58,441 nt of DNA from a virus (IMGVR_UViG_3300017917_002605:110471-168911), one strand, 5' to 3'; counted from the stretch's first letter, positions 9,457-20,233 are shown. A program made the numbers and translations. The notes: generated from the sequence alone by a model not told the origin.

Positions 9457-10094
9457 TGGCTAAATTTTTCGATAAGTTCCCAAAAGAACTTTATACATTA
9501 GAAGAAAAACCACAATCTTTGGATTCTGTTACAAACATTTGTACCAGAATGGCTTTTGGTCAAGATTTCAAAGAGAATGCTGCAACTTATTATGAGTATG
9601 ACATACAAGAAGGTGAAAAACCTGAATTGATTGCTCACAAATTGTATGGTTCACCAGAACAACATTGGATTGTTTTGATGATGAATGATATTATTGACCC
9701 ATACTACGATTGGCCTATGAGTCAATCTGTTTTCAACGAATACATCAATACAAAATATTCAGAACAAGCTCAAGCAAATAATACCACAGGTATAAAATGG
9801 GCTGCAAACAATGTAAAGTCTTATTACATCAACGAAAAGAGAAGTGTTGTAGGTTCAAACGTTGTTACTGAAGAAAGCAGTGAAGTTGATTATGACACAT
9901 GGGTTGCAACTGATATTAGTTTGGATGATATAACTTTGGATGACGGAACAAAAATTATTATTGAGGTAAAGAAAACATCTAAAACTTATTTTGAATATGA
10001 AAATGAGTTGAACGAAAGTAAACGAAAAATTAAACTTGTTCGACCTGGCCTGGCAGGCTCACTAAACAAAGAATTTAAGAAGGTTATTAGTTAA
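9456..10094 (+). CDS. gp53: Baseplate wedge subunit gp53 (LysM-like)
   Basis: YDIQEGEKPELIAHKLYGSPEQHWIVLMMNDIIDPYYDWPMS; YFEYE..LNE.KRKIK. Confidence 0.9.
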   Translation: MAKFFDKFPKELYTLEEKPQSLDSVTNICTRMAFGQDFKENAATYYEYDIQEGEKPELIAHKLYGSPEQHWIVLMMNDIIDPYYDWPMSQSVFNEYINTKYSEQAQANNTTGIKWAANNVKSYYINEKRSVVGSNVVTEESSEVDYDTWVATDISLDDITLDDGTKIIIEVKKTSKTYFEYENELNESKRKIKLVRPGLAGSLNKEFKKVIS

Positions 10095-11410
10095 TGGCAA
10101 TCGGTGATACCCTTAGTTATGCAATAGGCGATTTACTATTGATAACTAAAACGGCTACTGTTGACCTCCGTGATATGATGGAGGAACTGAACATTTACGA
10201 TAACTTGTTTCTGCCTGCAATGTCAGGAAACATTGTTGTTCGTGATGCAGTTGGTTTGGCCAAGCGTTTGAAATTTGACGGCACAGAATATATCAAAATT
10301 GATATCACCAAAGACGGTGATAACATGCGAATTGAGAAAACATTCCGTGTTTTTAAACTGTCAAACAAACGTGACCAGAACAGCACCTCTGAAATTTTTG
10401 TTTTACACTTTTGTTCCGAAGAAGTATTGTTTTCTGAACAAAAGAAAATAAACCAAGCATACGAAGACACATATAGCAATATTGCTCGTTCAATACTTGT
10501 TGATTACCTTGAAGTACCTTCACATAAGTTTATGGATGGTTTTCAAGACGAATCGTATGGTATCAAAAAAGTAAACATACCAAATCTAAAACCTTTTGCT
10601 GCAATAGATTGGTGTGTTCGCCGTGCATTGGACATATATGATGCACCTAGTTTTGTATTCTTTGAGAACAGATATGGTTTTAACCTTTGCAGTTTGTATT
10701 CTTTGATTGAACAAGAACCTATTGGTACAATTAACTTTGGTATGAAAAACTTTGGTGATGATATTGGTGTTGACTTTTTTGGTGCTCGTTCAAGTAACGT
10801 AATCAAAAACTTTGATGCCACTGAAGCAATTAAGTCTGGTTTGTTGGCCAGTAAATTTAAGGGTTTTGACCCAGTTACCAGAACATACTACAACAAAGAA
10901 ATTAACTTTGCTGAACTGTATGAAGGTCGACCACACCTAAACAAATACCCCTTTATTACAATGAATAAGAATCGTGATGGTAATTTACCAACACAGGAGT
11001 TTGATTCTAAACAGGCGGTTACACCTATGCAAAGTAACCAAAATTTGAGTAAATACGCACAATCAAAAGACCCATATCTACAAACAGACGATATGGAAAA
11101 TTACGAATTACAACGTAAAGGTATTTTTGCAAACTTGATGAACAGACGAATCAACATTGTTATGCCTGGTTCTGCTATGTGGACTTCAGGTCGAGTTGTT
11201 GAATTGGATTATCCAAGACGTTCTGCTCGTTCAACAAATGACGATAGTATTTTAGACGATAGATTATCTGGCAAGTATTTGATTGTTGCAACAAGACATA
11301 AGTTTGGTTTTAAGATGTATGAAACAATTATGGAAGTTGCAACTGACTCCAGTATGGAACCAAACCTTTACAATGATTCTGCTGAACAAGGATTGATTTT
11401 AAATGACTAA
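10094..11410 (+). CDS. Putative baseplate hub protein (gp27-like)
   Basis: Position between gp53 and gp5; ELNIYDNLF...SGNIVVRDA, FVFFENRYGF, SGKYLIVATRH motifs typical of hub/gp27-like proteins. Confidence 0.6.
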   Translation: MAIGDTLSYAIGDLLLITKTATVDLRDMMEELNIYDNLFLPAMSGNIVVRDAVGLAKRLKFDGTEYIKIDITKDGDNMRIEKTFRVFKLSNKRDQNSTSEIFVLHFCSEEVLFSEQKKINQAYEDTYSNIARSILVDYLEVPSHKFMDGFQDESYGIKKVNIPNLKPFAAIDWCVRRALDIYDAPSFVFFENRYGFNLCSLYSLIEQEPIGTINFGMKNFGDDIGVDFFGARSSNVIKNFDATEAIKSGLLASKFKGFDPVTRTYYNKEINFAELYEGRPHLNKYPFITMNKNRDGNLPTQEFDSKQAVTPMQSNQNLSKYAQSKDPYLQTDDMENYELQRKGIFANLMNRRINIVMPGSAMWTSGRVVELDYPRRSARSTNDDSILDDRLSGKYLIVATRHKFGFKMYETIMEVATDSSMEPNLYNDSAEQGLILND

Positions 11411-12458
11411 TGAACACTCAGCTGAAATTAAACGTGGCGAATTTGTTTGGTGGACCGGTGTAGTTGAAGATAAAAGTGACCCATTAAAATTAGGCCGTTG
11501 CAAAGTTAGAATTTTTGGTTGGCATCCTGAACAAAAAGAACAAATGCCAACATTTAACTTGCCTTGGTCGCAAGTTATGTTACCAACAAACAATACAGAA
11601 GTCTATGCACCAAAAAATGGTGACATGGTTGTTGGTTTCTTTATGGACGGAAGTGTTGGTCAACAACCAGTTATTATGGGTGTAATGCCTGCGATTCCAT
11701 TAACACAAGGTAATGCAGAGTATCCTTTCAGTGATTCTAGAACAGAAGAAGAATTGTTGAAGTCTCCTAGACCACCAAAAGAAAAAGAATATAAAACCGA
11801 TGGCACTGGCATCAAACTGACCGAAGAAGATACCGCATCATTGTATCCTTTGAATCTAGATGAACCAACTACCTCTAGACTGGCAAGAAATGATGAAGAC
11901 AGTATTGTTAAAACTTTTATCGAAGAACGAAAAAAGAATGTTGTAAAAGAAGTGCCTGTTGCTGAAGGTGAAGTTTGGTCTGAACCAGAAACAAAATATA
12001 AAACTGAATATCCATGGAACAACGCAATGGAATCAGAATCTGGTCACATACTAGAATTTGATGATACTTACGAAGCAGAACGAATTCATCTTGCTCATAG
12101 AAATGGTTCTTTTCAGGAATGGTTTCCTGACGGTGATAAAGTTGAAAAAGTTACCAAAGATAACTACACGATTATTATGGGTAACGACAAAGTTTATATT
12201 ATGGGCAAAGTCAATATCACCGTACAAGGTGATGCTGATGTGTATGTCAAAAAGAGTGTTCAAATGAAAGTTGATGGTTCCGTTACTGCTGTAATCGGTG
12301 GTGACGTAAAGGCCACAATTGGTGGCAGTGTTACTGCTGATATTAGTGGTGATGTAACAGAAACTGTTGGTGGTGCCAGAAATGTGAATGTTTCTGGAGA
12401 CTATAACATCACCGCTGGTAATTTCAAAGTCAGTGCTGGTACAATTAATCTGAACTAA
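11403..12458 (+). CDS. gp5: Baseplate central spike gp5 (OB-fold + beta-helix; no lysozyme domain)
   Basis: WWTGVVED..DPLKLGRCKVRIFGWH, VVGFFMDG; ESESGH.LEFDDT...ERI...H; C-terminal V.G.V 8-residue repeats. Confidence 0.9.
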   Translation: MTNEHSAEIKRGEFVWWTGVVEDKSDPLKLGRCKVRIFGWHPEQKEQMPTFNLPWSQVMLPTNNTEVYAPKNGDMVVGFFMDGSVGQQPVIMGVMPAIPLTQGNAEYPFSDSRTEEELLKSPRPPKEKEYKTDGTGIKLTEEDTASLYPLNLDEPTTSRLARNDEDSIVKTFIEERKKNVVKEVPVAEGEVWSEPETKYKTEYPWNNAMESESGHILEFDDTYEAERIHLAHRNGSFQEWFPDGDKVEKVTKDNYTIIMGNDKVYIMGKVNITVQGDADVYVKKSVQMKVDGSVTAVIGGDVKATIGGSVTADISGDVTETVGGARNVNVSGDYNITAGNFKVSAGTINLN

Positions 12459-12459
12459 C

Positions 12460-12999
12460 ATGTCTTTTCTTCTAACTCCAGTTTGGACAACACATGTCAG
12501 TAACTATCCAACGGCACCAGATGACCCAACATCAATGATGCCAGATGCGCTTTATATGTCTGATGTTATGGCTCACGAAATATCTTGGGTGGATGCAGGT
12601 GAATTGAATCCCGAAACTTCAGCACCGGCGGTGGTTGATAAAATTAAATTGACCATGACTCCGACAAATGAAGGTATAACAGTATCAGAAGGATTGCCTG
12701 CAAAAATAACAGGAATGTATGTTGGTCCTTTGTTTCCAAATCAAACACTTAAATATGTACCGAAAGGTAAATCTGACTTAACTGTTACTCCGACCGTTGT
12801 TGGTTCTTTTGAGTTGTTACCACAAAAAGATACAATTGAACTGTTTGAATTTAAACCAGACACAAGTTCTGTTACAGTTACGGTTAAAGCTGAAGCATAT
12901 GAGTTGGAAGTATTGATTGCTGAATCTACATTTACAGGTAAAGTGTTCAATAATTACACCGCTGGTAGAAATTCAATAAGAAACTTTTTTGGAACATAA
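12460..12999 (+). CDS. Hypothetical protein between gp5 and PAAR (position of T4 5.1)
   Basis: Coupled ORF of 179 aa; synteny only. Confidence 0.55.
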   Translation: MSFLLTPVWTTHVSNYPTAPDDPTSMMPDALYMSDVMAHEISWVDAGELNPETSAPAVVDKIKLTMTPTNEGITVSEGLPAKITGMYVGPLFPNQTLKYVPKGKSDLTVTPTVVGSFELLPQKDTIELFEFKPDTSSVTVTVKAEAYELEVLIAESTFTGKVFNNYTAGRNSIRNFFGT

Positions 13000-13001
13000 A
13001 A

Positions 13002-13286
13002 ATGCCAGGTATTGCAAGATTGGGAGATGAATGCACAGGACACGGTTGTTTTGGTCCAAGAGTTAATGATGCTGCTTCTGGAAATGTATTCATAAACGGA
13101 AAAGGCGCACATCGTCAAGGTGACCATTGGATTACACATTGTTGCGGACCATCGTGCCATGACAGTGTTTTGTCTGGCGGTTCTGGCTCCGTTTTTGTAA
13201 ATGGTAAACCCTTAGGAAGAATCGGAGACCCTATTGCTTGCGGTTCAGCAGTATCTTCTGGTTCCGGTAACGTTTTCGCAGGTTGA
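13002..13286 (+). CDS. gp5.4: PAAR spike-tip protein (gp5.4-like)
   Basis: IARLGD.CTGH, VFINGKGAHRQGD, VFVNGKPLGRIGD.IACGS; Cys/His metal ligands. Confidence 0.93.
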   Translation: MPGIARLGDECTGHGCFGPRVNDAASGNVFINGKGAHRQGDHWITHCCGPSCHDSVLSGGSGSVFVNGKPLGRIGDPIACGSAVSSGSGNVFAG

Positions 13287-13293
13287 ATAAATA
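13286..13293 (+). promoter_or_regulatory. Late promoter (AATAAATA)
   Basis: Directly upstream of the gp25 ATG. Confidence 0.6.
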
Positions 13294-13297
13294 GAAG

Positions 13298-13690
13298 ATG
13301 GCACAAAACGCAAGAACATACAGAGATTTGGATTTGAATTTTAACATTCATCCAATCACAAAAGATATCAACAAAAATGTTGGTGAGATGGCTGTTGTCG
13401 GCGCAATTAAAAATTTATTGTTGACTAATCACTATGAACGTCCATTCAATCCAGAATTAGGTTCAAATGTAAGACGTTTGTTGTTTGAACCAGCGGATAC
13501 TATTACTGCTGCCATACTTGAGCGTGCTATAAGAGAAGCTCTTTCAAACTGGGACCCACGTGTGACAGTTAAAGCAAGTAATGTTTTTCCACAACCTGAT
13601 GAAAACGCATATCAAGTTAGATTAGAGTTGTATATTGCAAACCGAACAGAACCAATGAATATCACTTTCATGCTTGAAAGAATACGATAA
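13298..13690 (+). CDS. gp25: Baseplate wedge subunit gp25
   Basis: YRDLDLNF..HP, IKNLLLTNHYERPFNPELGS, WDPRV. Confidence 0.93.
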   Translation: MAQNARTYRDLDLNFNIHPITKDINKNVGEMAVVGAIKNLLLTNHYERPFNPELGSNVRRLLFEPADTITAAILERAIREALSNWDPRVTVKASNVFPQPDENAYQVRLELYIANRTEPMNITFMLERIR

Positions 13691-15729
13691 TGGCACAGAG
13701 AACAAGAATTACAGAACTTGATTTTGACCAAATCAAGACAAATTTAAAAGACTTTTTAAGAAGTCAGGACCAGTTTACCGATTACGATTTCGAAGGTTCT
13801 GGTCTGTCTATATTGTTGGATGTTTTGGCATACAACACGCACTATAATGCGTACTATCTTAACATGGTTGCAAACGAAGCTTTTATCGACACCGCCATTT
13901 TGCGTGACTCTGTGGTATCACACGCCAAAGCACTAGGTTACACACCATTCTCAACCACTGCTCCTGTTGCTATTGTTAATGTCACCGTTGAAACAAACAC
14001 TTTTGATACTGGTACTTTAACCATTCCAAAAGGTTATTATTTTATGTCAAACCTTGTTGATGGAAAATCATACAAGTATGTGACATTGGAAGACCACACC
14101 GTTTCTAAAACTGGAACAAAATTTGTTTTTGAAAACATTAAAATTTACGAAGGTATATTAACAACCTATCGTTTTACTCAAGATGATTCTAATAACCCAA
14201 AACAAATCATAATTCTTCCTAACGGAAACATTGATACTTCTACCATTGCTGTATCTGTGCAAGCAGTTTCTTCCAACACATCTGTTGTTCCGTATCAAAG
14301 AGCCGCTGATGTATTGGATTTGACTTCTGATTCTGAAGTGTTTTTTGTACAAGAAGGTCGTGGAGGAAGTTATCAACTTTATTTCGGCAATGGCGTTTTA
14401 GGTAAAAAACTTGAAGACGGTTCAACTGTAATTGTTACGTATGTTCTGACAAACTCAACCGCTTCTAACGGAGTTGATACATTTAAAGCGTTATCTTTGA
14501 TTGGTGGTTATTCTGCAATCAGTACCACCACTGTTTCACCTGCCGCCGGCGGTGCAAACAAAGAAACTTCTGATGAAATAAAAACAAATGCACCACTACA
14601 ATATGCATCACAAAATCGTTTGGTTTCTTTGTCTGATTATGAATCATATCTAAAGAAAAATTATCCAGCGGTAGATTCTTTATCTGTTTGGGGTGGTGAA
14701 GATGAAATTCCTAAAGTTTACGGTAAAGTATTCATATCATTAAAACCAAAAACAAATTTCTTCTTATCTGAAGCAGAGAAGACACGTATTGTTGAAGAAA
14801 TTTTAAAACCAAAATCTGTTGTTGCAATTGATGCTGTAATTCGTGACCCTGAGTATTTGTATCTACAGGTTAAATCTAAAGTCAGTTATGACCCAAAGAA
14901 AACCACAAGAAATGGTGACGGTATCAAAAACGCAATTAGAAATTCTGTAATTTCTTATAAAAACGTAAACTTAGATAAATTCGGTTCAACGTTCGTTCTC
15001 TCTAAATTGCAAGATTCTATTGACTCTAGTGATGCATCCATCATTGGTTCTGAAGCCACGTTAAGATTGGAGAAAAGAATTTCTCCAACAATAAACGCAA
15101 GCAAAAACTATACAGTCAATTTCTATACAACACTACACCGTGGAACTTCAACAAACAAATTAGTTTGTTCTGAATTTACCGCATATGATGTACTTGGAAA
15201 TATTAGAACATGTATCATTGAAGAAGTGCCAGAATCTTTCACTGGAATTCAATCCATCACTGTTGACAATCCAGGTTACAAGTATTTAAATCCAACAGTA
15301 ACAATTACCGGCGATGGTGTTGGTGCAGAAGCTGTTGCAAAAGTTGTAAATGGAAAAATACAATCTATAACACTGACAAAACGTGGAACTGGTTACTCAA
15401 CTGCTGTAGTTAATATTACTGATGAACGTGGAGTCGGTGCTTCTGCCACTGCGGTTGTTGATGCACAGTATGGAGATTTGCGATTGGTTTATTTTGACCA
15501 AAACGCAGAGCGCCAAGTTATTAGTGATAAAATTGGTACTATTGATTATATTAACGGAATCATACAGTTAAATAACTTAAAGGTATTGTCTGTCGTTGCA
15601 GCTGATGGTCTAATTCGTTTTAGTATTGAGGCACAAAAAGGCATTATTAAATCACAAAGAAATGTGATTCTTTCGTTTGATGAAACAGACCCTGCCGCTA
15701 TTGCAACTGAACTAGAAATTTACAGTTAA
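13690..15729 (+). CDS. gp6: Baseplate wedge subunit gp6
   Basis: ELDFDQIKTNLKDFL, DYDFEGSGLSILLDVLAYNTHY, SVVSHAKALGY, QNRLVSLSDY. Confidence 0.93.
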   Translation: MAQRTRITELDFDQIKTNLKDFLRSQDQFTDYDFEGSGLSILLDVLAYNTHYNAYYLNMVANEAFIDTAILRDSVVSHAKALGYTPFSTTAPVAIVNVTVETNTFDTGTLTIPKGYYFMSNLVDGKSYKYVTLEDHTVSKTGTKFVFENIKIYEGILTTYRFTQDDSNNPKQIIILPNGNIDTSTIAVSVQAVSSNTSVVPYQRAADVLDLTSDSEVFFVQEGRGGSYQLYFGNGVLGKKLEDGSTVIVTYVLTNSTASNGVDTFKALSLIGGYSAISTTTVSPAAGGANKETSDEIKTNAPLQYASQNRLVSLSDYESYLKKNYPAVDSLSVWGGEDEIPKVYGKVFISLKPKTNFFLSEAEKTRIVEEILKPKSVVAIDAVIRDPEYLYLQVKSKVSYDPKKTTRNGDGIKNAIRNSVISYKNVNLDKFGSTFVLSKLQDSIDSSDASIIGSEATLRLEKRISPTINASKNYTVNFYTTLHRGTSTNKLVCSEFTAYDVLGNIRTCIIEEVPESFTGIQSITVDNPGYKYLNPTVTITGDGVGAEAVAKVVNGKIQSITLTKRGTGYSTAVVNITDERGVGASATAVVDAQYGDLRLVYFDQNAERQVISDKIGTIDYINGIIQLNNLKVLSVVAADGLIRFSIEAQKGIIKSQRNVILSFDETDPAAIATELEIYS

Positions 15730-18296
15730 TGAGCACCAATCTGAAAACTTCACTACAGGTATCTCAACATTTACCTGAATTTGTTAGGGACGAAAACCCG
15801 AAGTTTATTGCTTTCCTTGAAGCATATTACGAATTCATGGAACAACAAACAGGATTTGATGTTACAACTAAATCAAAATTGTTAAGATATGTTGCTGACC
15901 CTGATGAATCTATAAATGATTTTGAAAAGAGTTTCTTTGAAACATACATGACATTGATTCCACGCAATGCTGTGTTGGACAAAGCAACAATGGTAAAAAA
16001 CATATTGCCGTTGTATAAAGCAAAAGGAACACCAAAAGCCTTTGAATTCTTATTCAGAATTCTTTTCAATGAACCTGTAGAAGTTTTGATGCCGAAGAAT
16101 GATATCTTGCGTGCTTCTTCGGGTAAATGGGTTGTTGAAAATCAACTGCGTTTGTTAAAAGGTTCCATCTATTCAAAGAATATTGGTGATGGCGTTACTA
16201 AAACATTCTTGATGGCACAGTCTGCCAAGTTAGAAGATGTTATTGTTTACATAAATGACGTAGAAACTATTGATTTTACAATTCAACCAGAATACAAAAA
16301 AATAAATTTTAATGTTGCACCACCTGACGGTTCTGTTATTAAAATTTATTTTAAGAAAACAGATTTAATTATTGGCAACAGTAGAGAATTGGTTGGTCAA
16401 GTTTCTGGCGCAAGAGCAATTATTGAAAAGGCAACTCTTGATAATGTTCTTGGTCTAGATGTTATTTCTGTTTTCATCAACGCCAAAACATTAATAGGTT
16501 CTTTCCAAAACGGTGAAGAAACGGTTTGTAATATGCTTTTGGATGATGGAACATCCATACCGTATTATGCAAAAACCCTTTCGTCCGTAAAAAGTATTAT
16601 AGTGTCAGAAGGTGGTGCAGGATATAACGTTCGTGACCCTGTTATAATCACCGGTGGCGGCGGAACAATTACCGCTGCTGCAATTATCGATAAGGTTTTC
16701 CGTGGTCTCATCAATCGTGTTATTGTTAACTATGGCGGCGCAGGATTCCAAGATGGTGGAGTTATTGAGGTATCTGCGCCAGCTAATGCTATTTTGCAAT
16801 TGGCAATATCTTCTGTTGATACATCTGGTAACGTATCAGCAAATTCTTTGCATGTCTATTATGACACGATTGGTGATTACGGAAATACCGTTATTTCTTC
16901 TTCGGATTATGGATTTCCGTCAGCCATTTCGGAGAATGTAAACACTGTAATTGCTGATGCTTTGACTCCAAAATATTATAAAGATATTGGACCAATCACA
17001 TCAGTTGAAGTTTTAAGTTCTTTAGCTCCGTTAGATGCTGTTCCTATTTTGAATGCAGTAGGCGCTCTAGGTTTAAACGATGACACAAACGGTGCCGTAA
17101 TCAACACATATGGTTCTATAGGTAGACTTAGAATTGATGAACCAGGATTAGGATATGAAATCGGTGATGAATTGATTTTCACCAATAAACCTATGAATTT
17201 TGGTCTTGGTGCGGCAGCAATGGTAACAAGTGTTTCCGCCAATGGTAGAATTTTGAAAGTTGATTTGCAACCACCGAGAATTACAGGTACTGCAAACATA
17301 TCCTCACCTTCCAATGTAACAATTATTGGTACAGGAACAAACTTTACCGGCGAATTGCGTGTTGGTGACAGGATTATGATTAATTCTGAATCCAGATATG
17401 TTAATGCAATTCATTCTTCTACATCATTGAATGTAAATTCAAACTTTGTTTACGCAACAACAAACAAAGCAATTGGTGTTTATAATAGAAGAATTATTGG
17501 TGGTCAAGGTTACACAATGGATGCTTTGCCAACGATTACAGTTGAATCCGCAAACGGAACAAACGCAGTCATAACCGCTGTCACAATTATGGGTGATGGT
17601 GAAAGTCTGAATCCAAAAGGTAACACACAACCTGGTCAGATTGAAAGTATTTTGGTTGTATCTGGTGGTGAAGGTTATGTTGCGCCTCCATCAGTTGATT
17701 TGACCACACGTGGCGATGGCACTGCAACCGCAAATGCAATATTGAAAACACCATACGTTACTTTACCAGGAAGATGGACAACTTCCGATGGTATTCTTTC
17801 CGCCGCTGACCGAAGACTACAAGGTAGGGATTACTATCACGACTATTCTTATGTTCTATCCGCACAGATAGAATTTTCTAAGTATAAAGATATAGTTAAA
17901 AAACTTCTACATCCTTCTGGTATGTCGTTCTATGGCGAATATGCTAAGTTGGATGAAATTTTAACAACGGTTGATAAGTCCAATATTGTTGTTAATAACG
18001 AACTTGCCGGTACTGTTAACGTTGTATCTGGTGAGAACATAATTTATGGTACAAATACAAAATTTGTACTGGCCAACACCTTGTATCTGATTCAACCAGG
18101 TTCAAATGTTGCCGTTAATTCTGAGATTCGCACGGTAAATAGCATTATAGATAATACTACGATTACTGTTACTGAAGCGTTCTCATACAATGCAAACGTA
18201 CAATCACTTGTAGTAATTTCTGTACCATACAACGGACTAGGAACAGAAGATTTCTTGGAAATTACAACCGAAAACGATTTAGTAATTAGAGTATAA
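15729..18296 (+). CDS. gp7: Baseplate wedge initiator gp7-like
   Basis: LPEFVRDENPKFIAFLEAYYEFM, LYKAKGT..AFEFLFRILF, YYHDYSYVL, VKKLLHPSG; follows gp6. Confidence 0.8.
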   Translation: MSTNLKTSLQVSQHLPEFVRDENPKFIAFLEAYYEFMEQQTGFDVTTKSKLLRYVADPDESINDFEKSFFETYMTLIPRNAVLDKATMVKNILPLYKAKGTPKAFEFLFRILFNEPVEVLMPKNDILRASSGKWVVENQLRLLKGSIYSKNIGDGVTKTFLMAQSAKLEDVIVYINDVETIDFTIQPEYKKINFNVAPPDGSVIKIYFKKTDLIIGNSRELVGQVSGARAIIEKATLDNVLGLDVISVFINAKTLIGSFQNGEETVCNMLLDDGTSIPYYAKTLSSVKSIIVSEGGAGYNVRDPVIITGGGGTITAAAIIDKVFRGLINRVIVNYGGAGFQDGGVIEVSAPANAILQLAISSVDTSGNVSANSLHVYYDTIGDYGNTVISSSDYGFPSAISENVNTVIADALTPKYYKDIGPITSVEVLSSLAPLDAVPILNAVGALGLNDDTNGAVINTYGSIGRLRIDEPGLGYEIGDELIFTNKPMNFGLGAAAMVTSVSANGRILKVDLQPPRITGTANISSPSNVTIIGTGTNFTGELRVGDRIMINSESRYVNAIHSSTSLNVNSNFVYATTNKAIGVYNRRIIGGQGYTMDALPTITVESANGTNAVITAVTIMGDGESLNPKGNTQPGQIESILVVSGGEGYVAPPSVDLTTRGDGTATANAILKTPYVTLPGRWTTSDGILSAADRRLQGRDYYHDYSYVLSAQIEFSKYKDIVKKLLHPSGMSFYGEYAKLDEILTTVDKSNIVVNNELAGTVNVVSGENIIYGTNTKFVLANTLYLIQPGSNVAVNSEIRTVNSIIDNTTITVTEAFSYNANVQSLVVISVPYNGLGTEDFLEITTENDLVIRV

Positions 18297-18307
18297 CAGG
18301 ACAAAGA

Positions 18308-20233
18308 ATGTCAACAATTAAAATTACACAATTACCAATTTTAACATCACCAGATGCGAATACCCAAAACACGGTATTTGTTGTCGTTGATAAGAGTAGT
18401 GGTGTTGCAACCACAAAACAATTATCTCTGGCAAATCTTGAAATTGCTGTTGATGATACCGCTGTCCTGGCTTATGCTCATGCCAACGGCGCATACAATA
18501 CCGCAAACGCCGCATACACTCAAGCAAACATTGCAACACCAGCTTTCGCACAAGCTAATACAGCAAACAGTACTGCAAACGCTGCTTTGGTTCTTGCGAC
18601 AACTGCAAACACTGTTGCCAATTTAGGATTTAATCTTGCAAACGCAGCGAATACATTGGCAACTTCAGGATTTAATTTAGCTAACGTTGCCAATACAACC
18701 GCAACATTGGCACTAGGCATTGCAAACACCGCAAATATTGTTTCTGCTGCAGCTTTCAACCAAGCAAATATTGCAACACCAGCATTTAATCGTGCTAACG
18801 ATGCATATGTTCATGCAAACTCAGCATACAATCTTGCAAACAGTATTGTTATTACAGCAAACGTTGCATACTCCGACCAAATTTACGCACAGGCAAATTC
18901 TGCTTATAACGTTGCAAACTTGGCTGTACAGTCATCAAACGTTGCACAAACAATAGCTTTATCTGCTTACAGTCAAGCAAACGTGGCAACAATCAATGCT
19001 GATTTTGCAATCGCAACAATTAACACTGTTTTTGCACAAGTAAACACAAATTCCAACACAATTCAAACCGTTTGGAACCACGCAAACTCTGCTTATGATT
19101 TTGCAAATAATACTTCAAATACTGTAATAAATGTTTCAACACATGCAAACTCTGCTTATGATTTTGCAAATACTTTATCATTAACGTTAAGTACTCAGTT
19201 TATTACAAACGCATCAAACACCGCAAATTCTGCAAATGTAACAGCACATGCAGCATATGACACCGCAAATACCGCAACTCAGGCCGCAGCTCTTGCTTTA
19301 CTAAACAGCACTTCTGGTGGTAACACAGCAAACGTTGCTCTAGTTAATGCAAATGCATCTTTCAATTTGGCTAATACAGTAAATGCACAAGTTATCATTG
19401 CAAACACAACCGCAAACTTTGCAAATAGTTTAGCTTCAACCGCAAACGTCACTGCAACCAACGCTTTGGCCACAGGACAAGGTGCTTTTGCTCTTGCAAA
19501 CGTTGTTAATGCCGTTGCACTATCCGCAAACACGACCGCCATTGCCGCATATAATCAAGCAAACGTGGCAACCAGTAATGCTGACACAGCATATATTCAT
19601 GCAAACTCTGCTTACAATTTGGCGAACAGTTTGAATGTTACATTGACAAGTACAGTAGTAACATTGTCAAATACATCTGCCGAAGCAAATATTGCCAACA
19701 TTACATCCAGAGCTGCATTTACTAAAGCCAATTTGGCATACGATACTGCAAATACTGCTTTGGCTTTAGGTTCTCTTGCTGTCACACTAGAATCTTCCGC
19801 AAACCTATCTTTACAGAGAGCTAATGCGGCATTTGACCAAGCTAATACTGCAAATGCTATGGCTTTTGGTGCTTATTCCACTGCAAATACCGCAAGACAA
19901 GAAAATAACGCAACATTCGATAGACTGACCGTTGCATGGAATTCTGCCAATACCACAGCTAACAATTTGGTTTCTACAAATTCCAACGTTGCAAATTTAA
20001 CGATTACTGTAAGTTCTGTATATAATCTTGCTAATACCAATGCCAACGGAATTGCAAACCTGGCAAATTCTATTGTATATGTTGGAACTGCGCCTGCAAA
20101 TAACAAAGGCACAACCGGTGATACAAAAGGTATGGTTTATTTGGCCAACGATTACTTCTATTTCTGTACCACAAACTATGTTGATGGTACTGCAAATATT
20201 TGGAGTAGAATTGCTGCAACTGACGCTTGGTAA
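18308..20233 (+). CDS. Ala/Asn/Thr-rich heptad-repeat fibre protein (641 aa)
   Basis: Dozens of A-[Y/F/L/N]-x-x-A-N-x heptads between an N-terminal KITQLP segment and a C-terminal GDTKG...YFYFC...W.R domain. Confidence 0.75.
   Translation: MSTIKITQLPILTSPDANTQNTVFVVVDKSSGVATTKQLSLANLEIAVDDTAVLAYAHANGAYNTANAAYTQANIATPAFAQANTANSTANAALVLATTANTVANLGFNLANAANTLATSGFNLANVANTTATLALGIANTANIVSAAAFNQANIATPAFNRANDAYVHANSAYNLANSIVITANVAYSDQIYAQANSAYNVANLAVQSSNVAQTIALSAYSQANVATINADFAIATINTVFAQVNTNSNTIQTVWNHANSAYDFANNTSNTVINVSTHANSAYDFANTLSLTLSTQFITNASNTANSANVTAHAAYDTANTATQAAALALLNSTSGGNTANVALVNANASFNLANTVNAQVIIANTTANFANSLASTANVTATNALATGQGAFALANVVNAVALSANTTAIAAYNQANVATSNADTAYIHANSAYNLANSLNVTLTSTVVTLSNTSAEANIANITSRAAFTKANLAYDTANTALALGSLAVTLESSANLSLQRANAAFDQANTANAMAFGAYSTANTARQENNATFDRLTVAWNSANTTANNLVSTNSNVANLTITVSSVYNLANTNANGIANLANSIVYVGTAPANNKGTTGDTKGMVYLANDYFYFCTTNYVDGTANIWSRIAATDAW
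19082..19172 (+). repeat. 28-bp exact direct repeat (GCAAACTCTGCTTATGATTTTGCAAATA) at 19082 and 19145
   Basis: Read directly; offset 63 bp = three heptads. Confidence 0.9.

Noticed and set aside
18308-20233. Idea that the abundant ANT/ANS triplets are N-glycosylation sequons
   Set aside because: Most are N-T-A or N-S-A, not N-x-S/T; they are explained by the heptad pattern.
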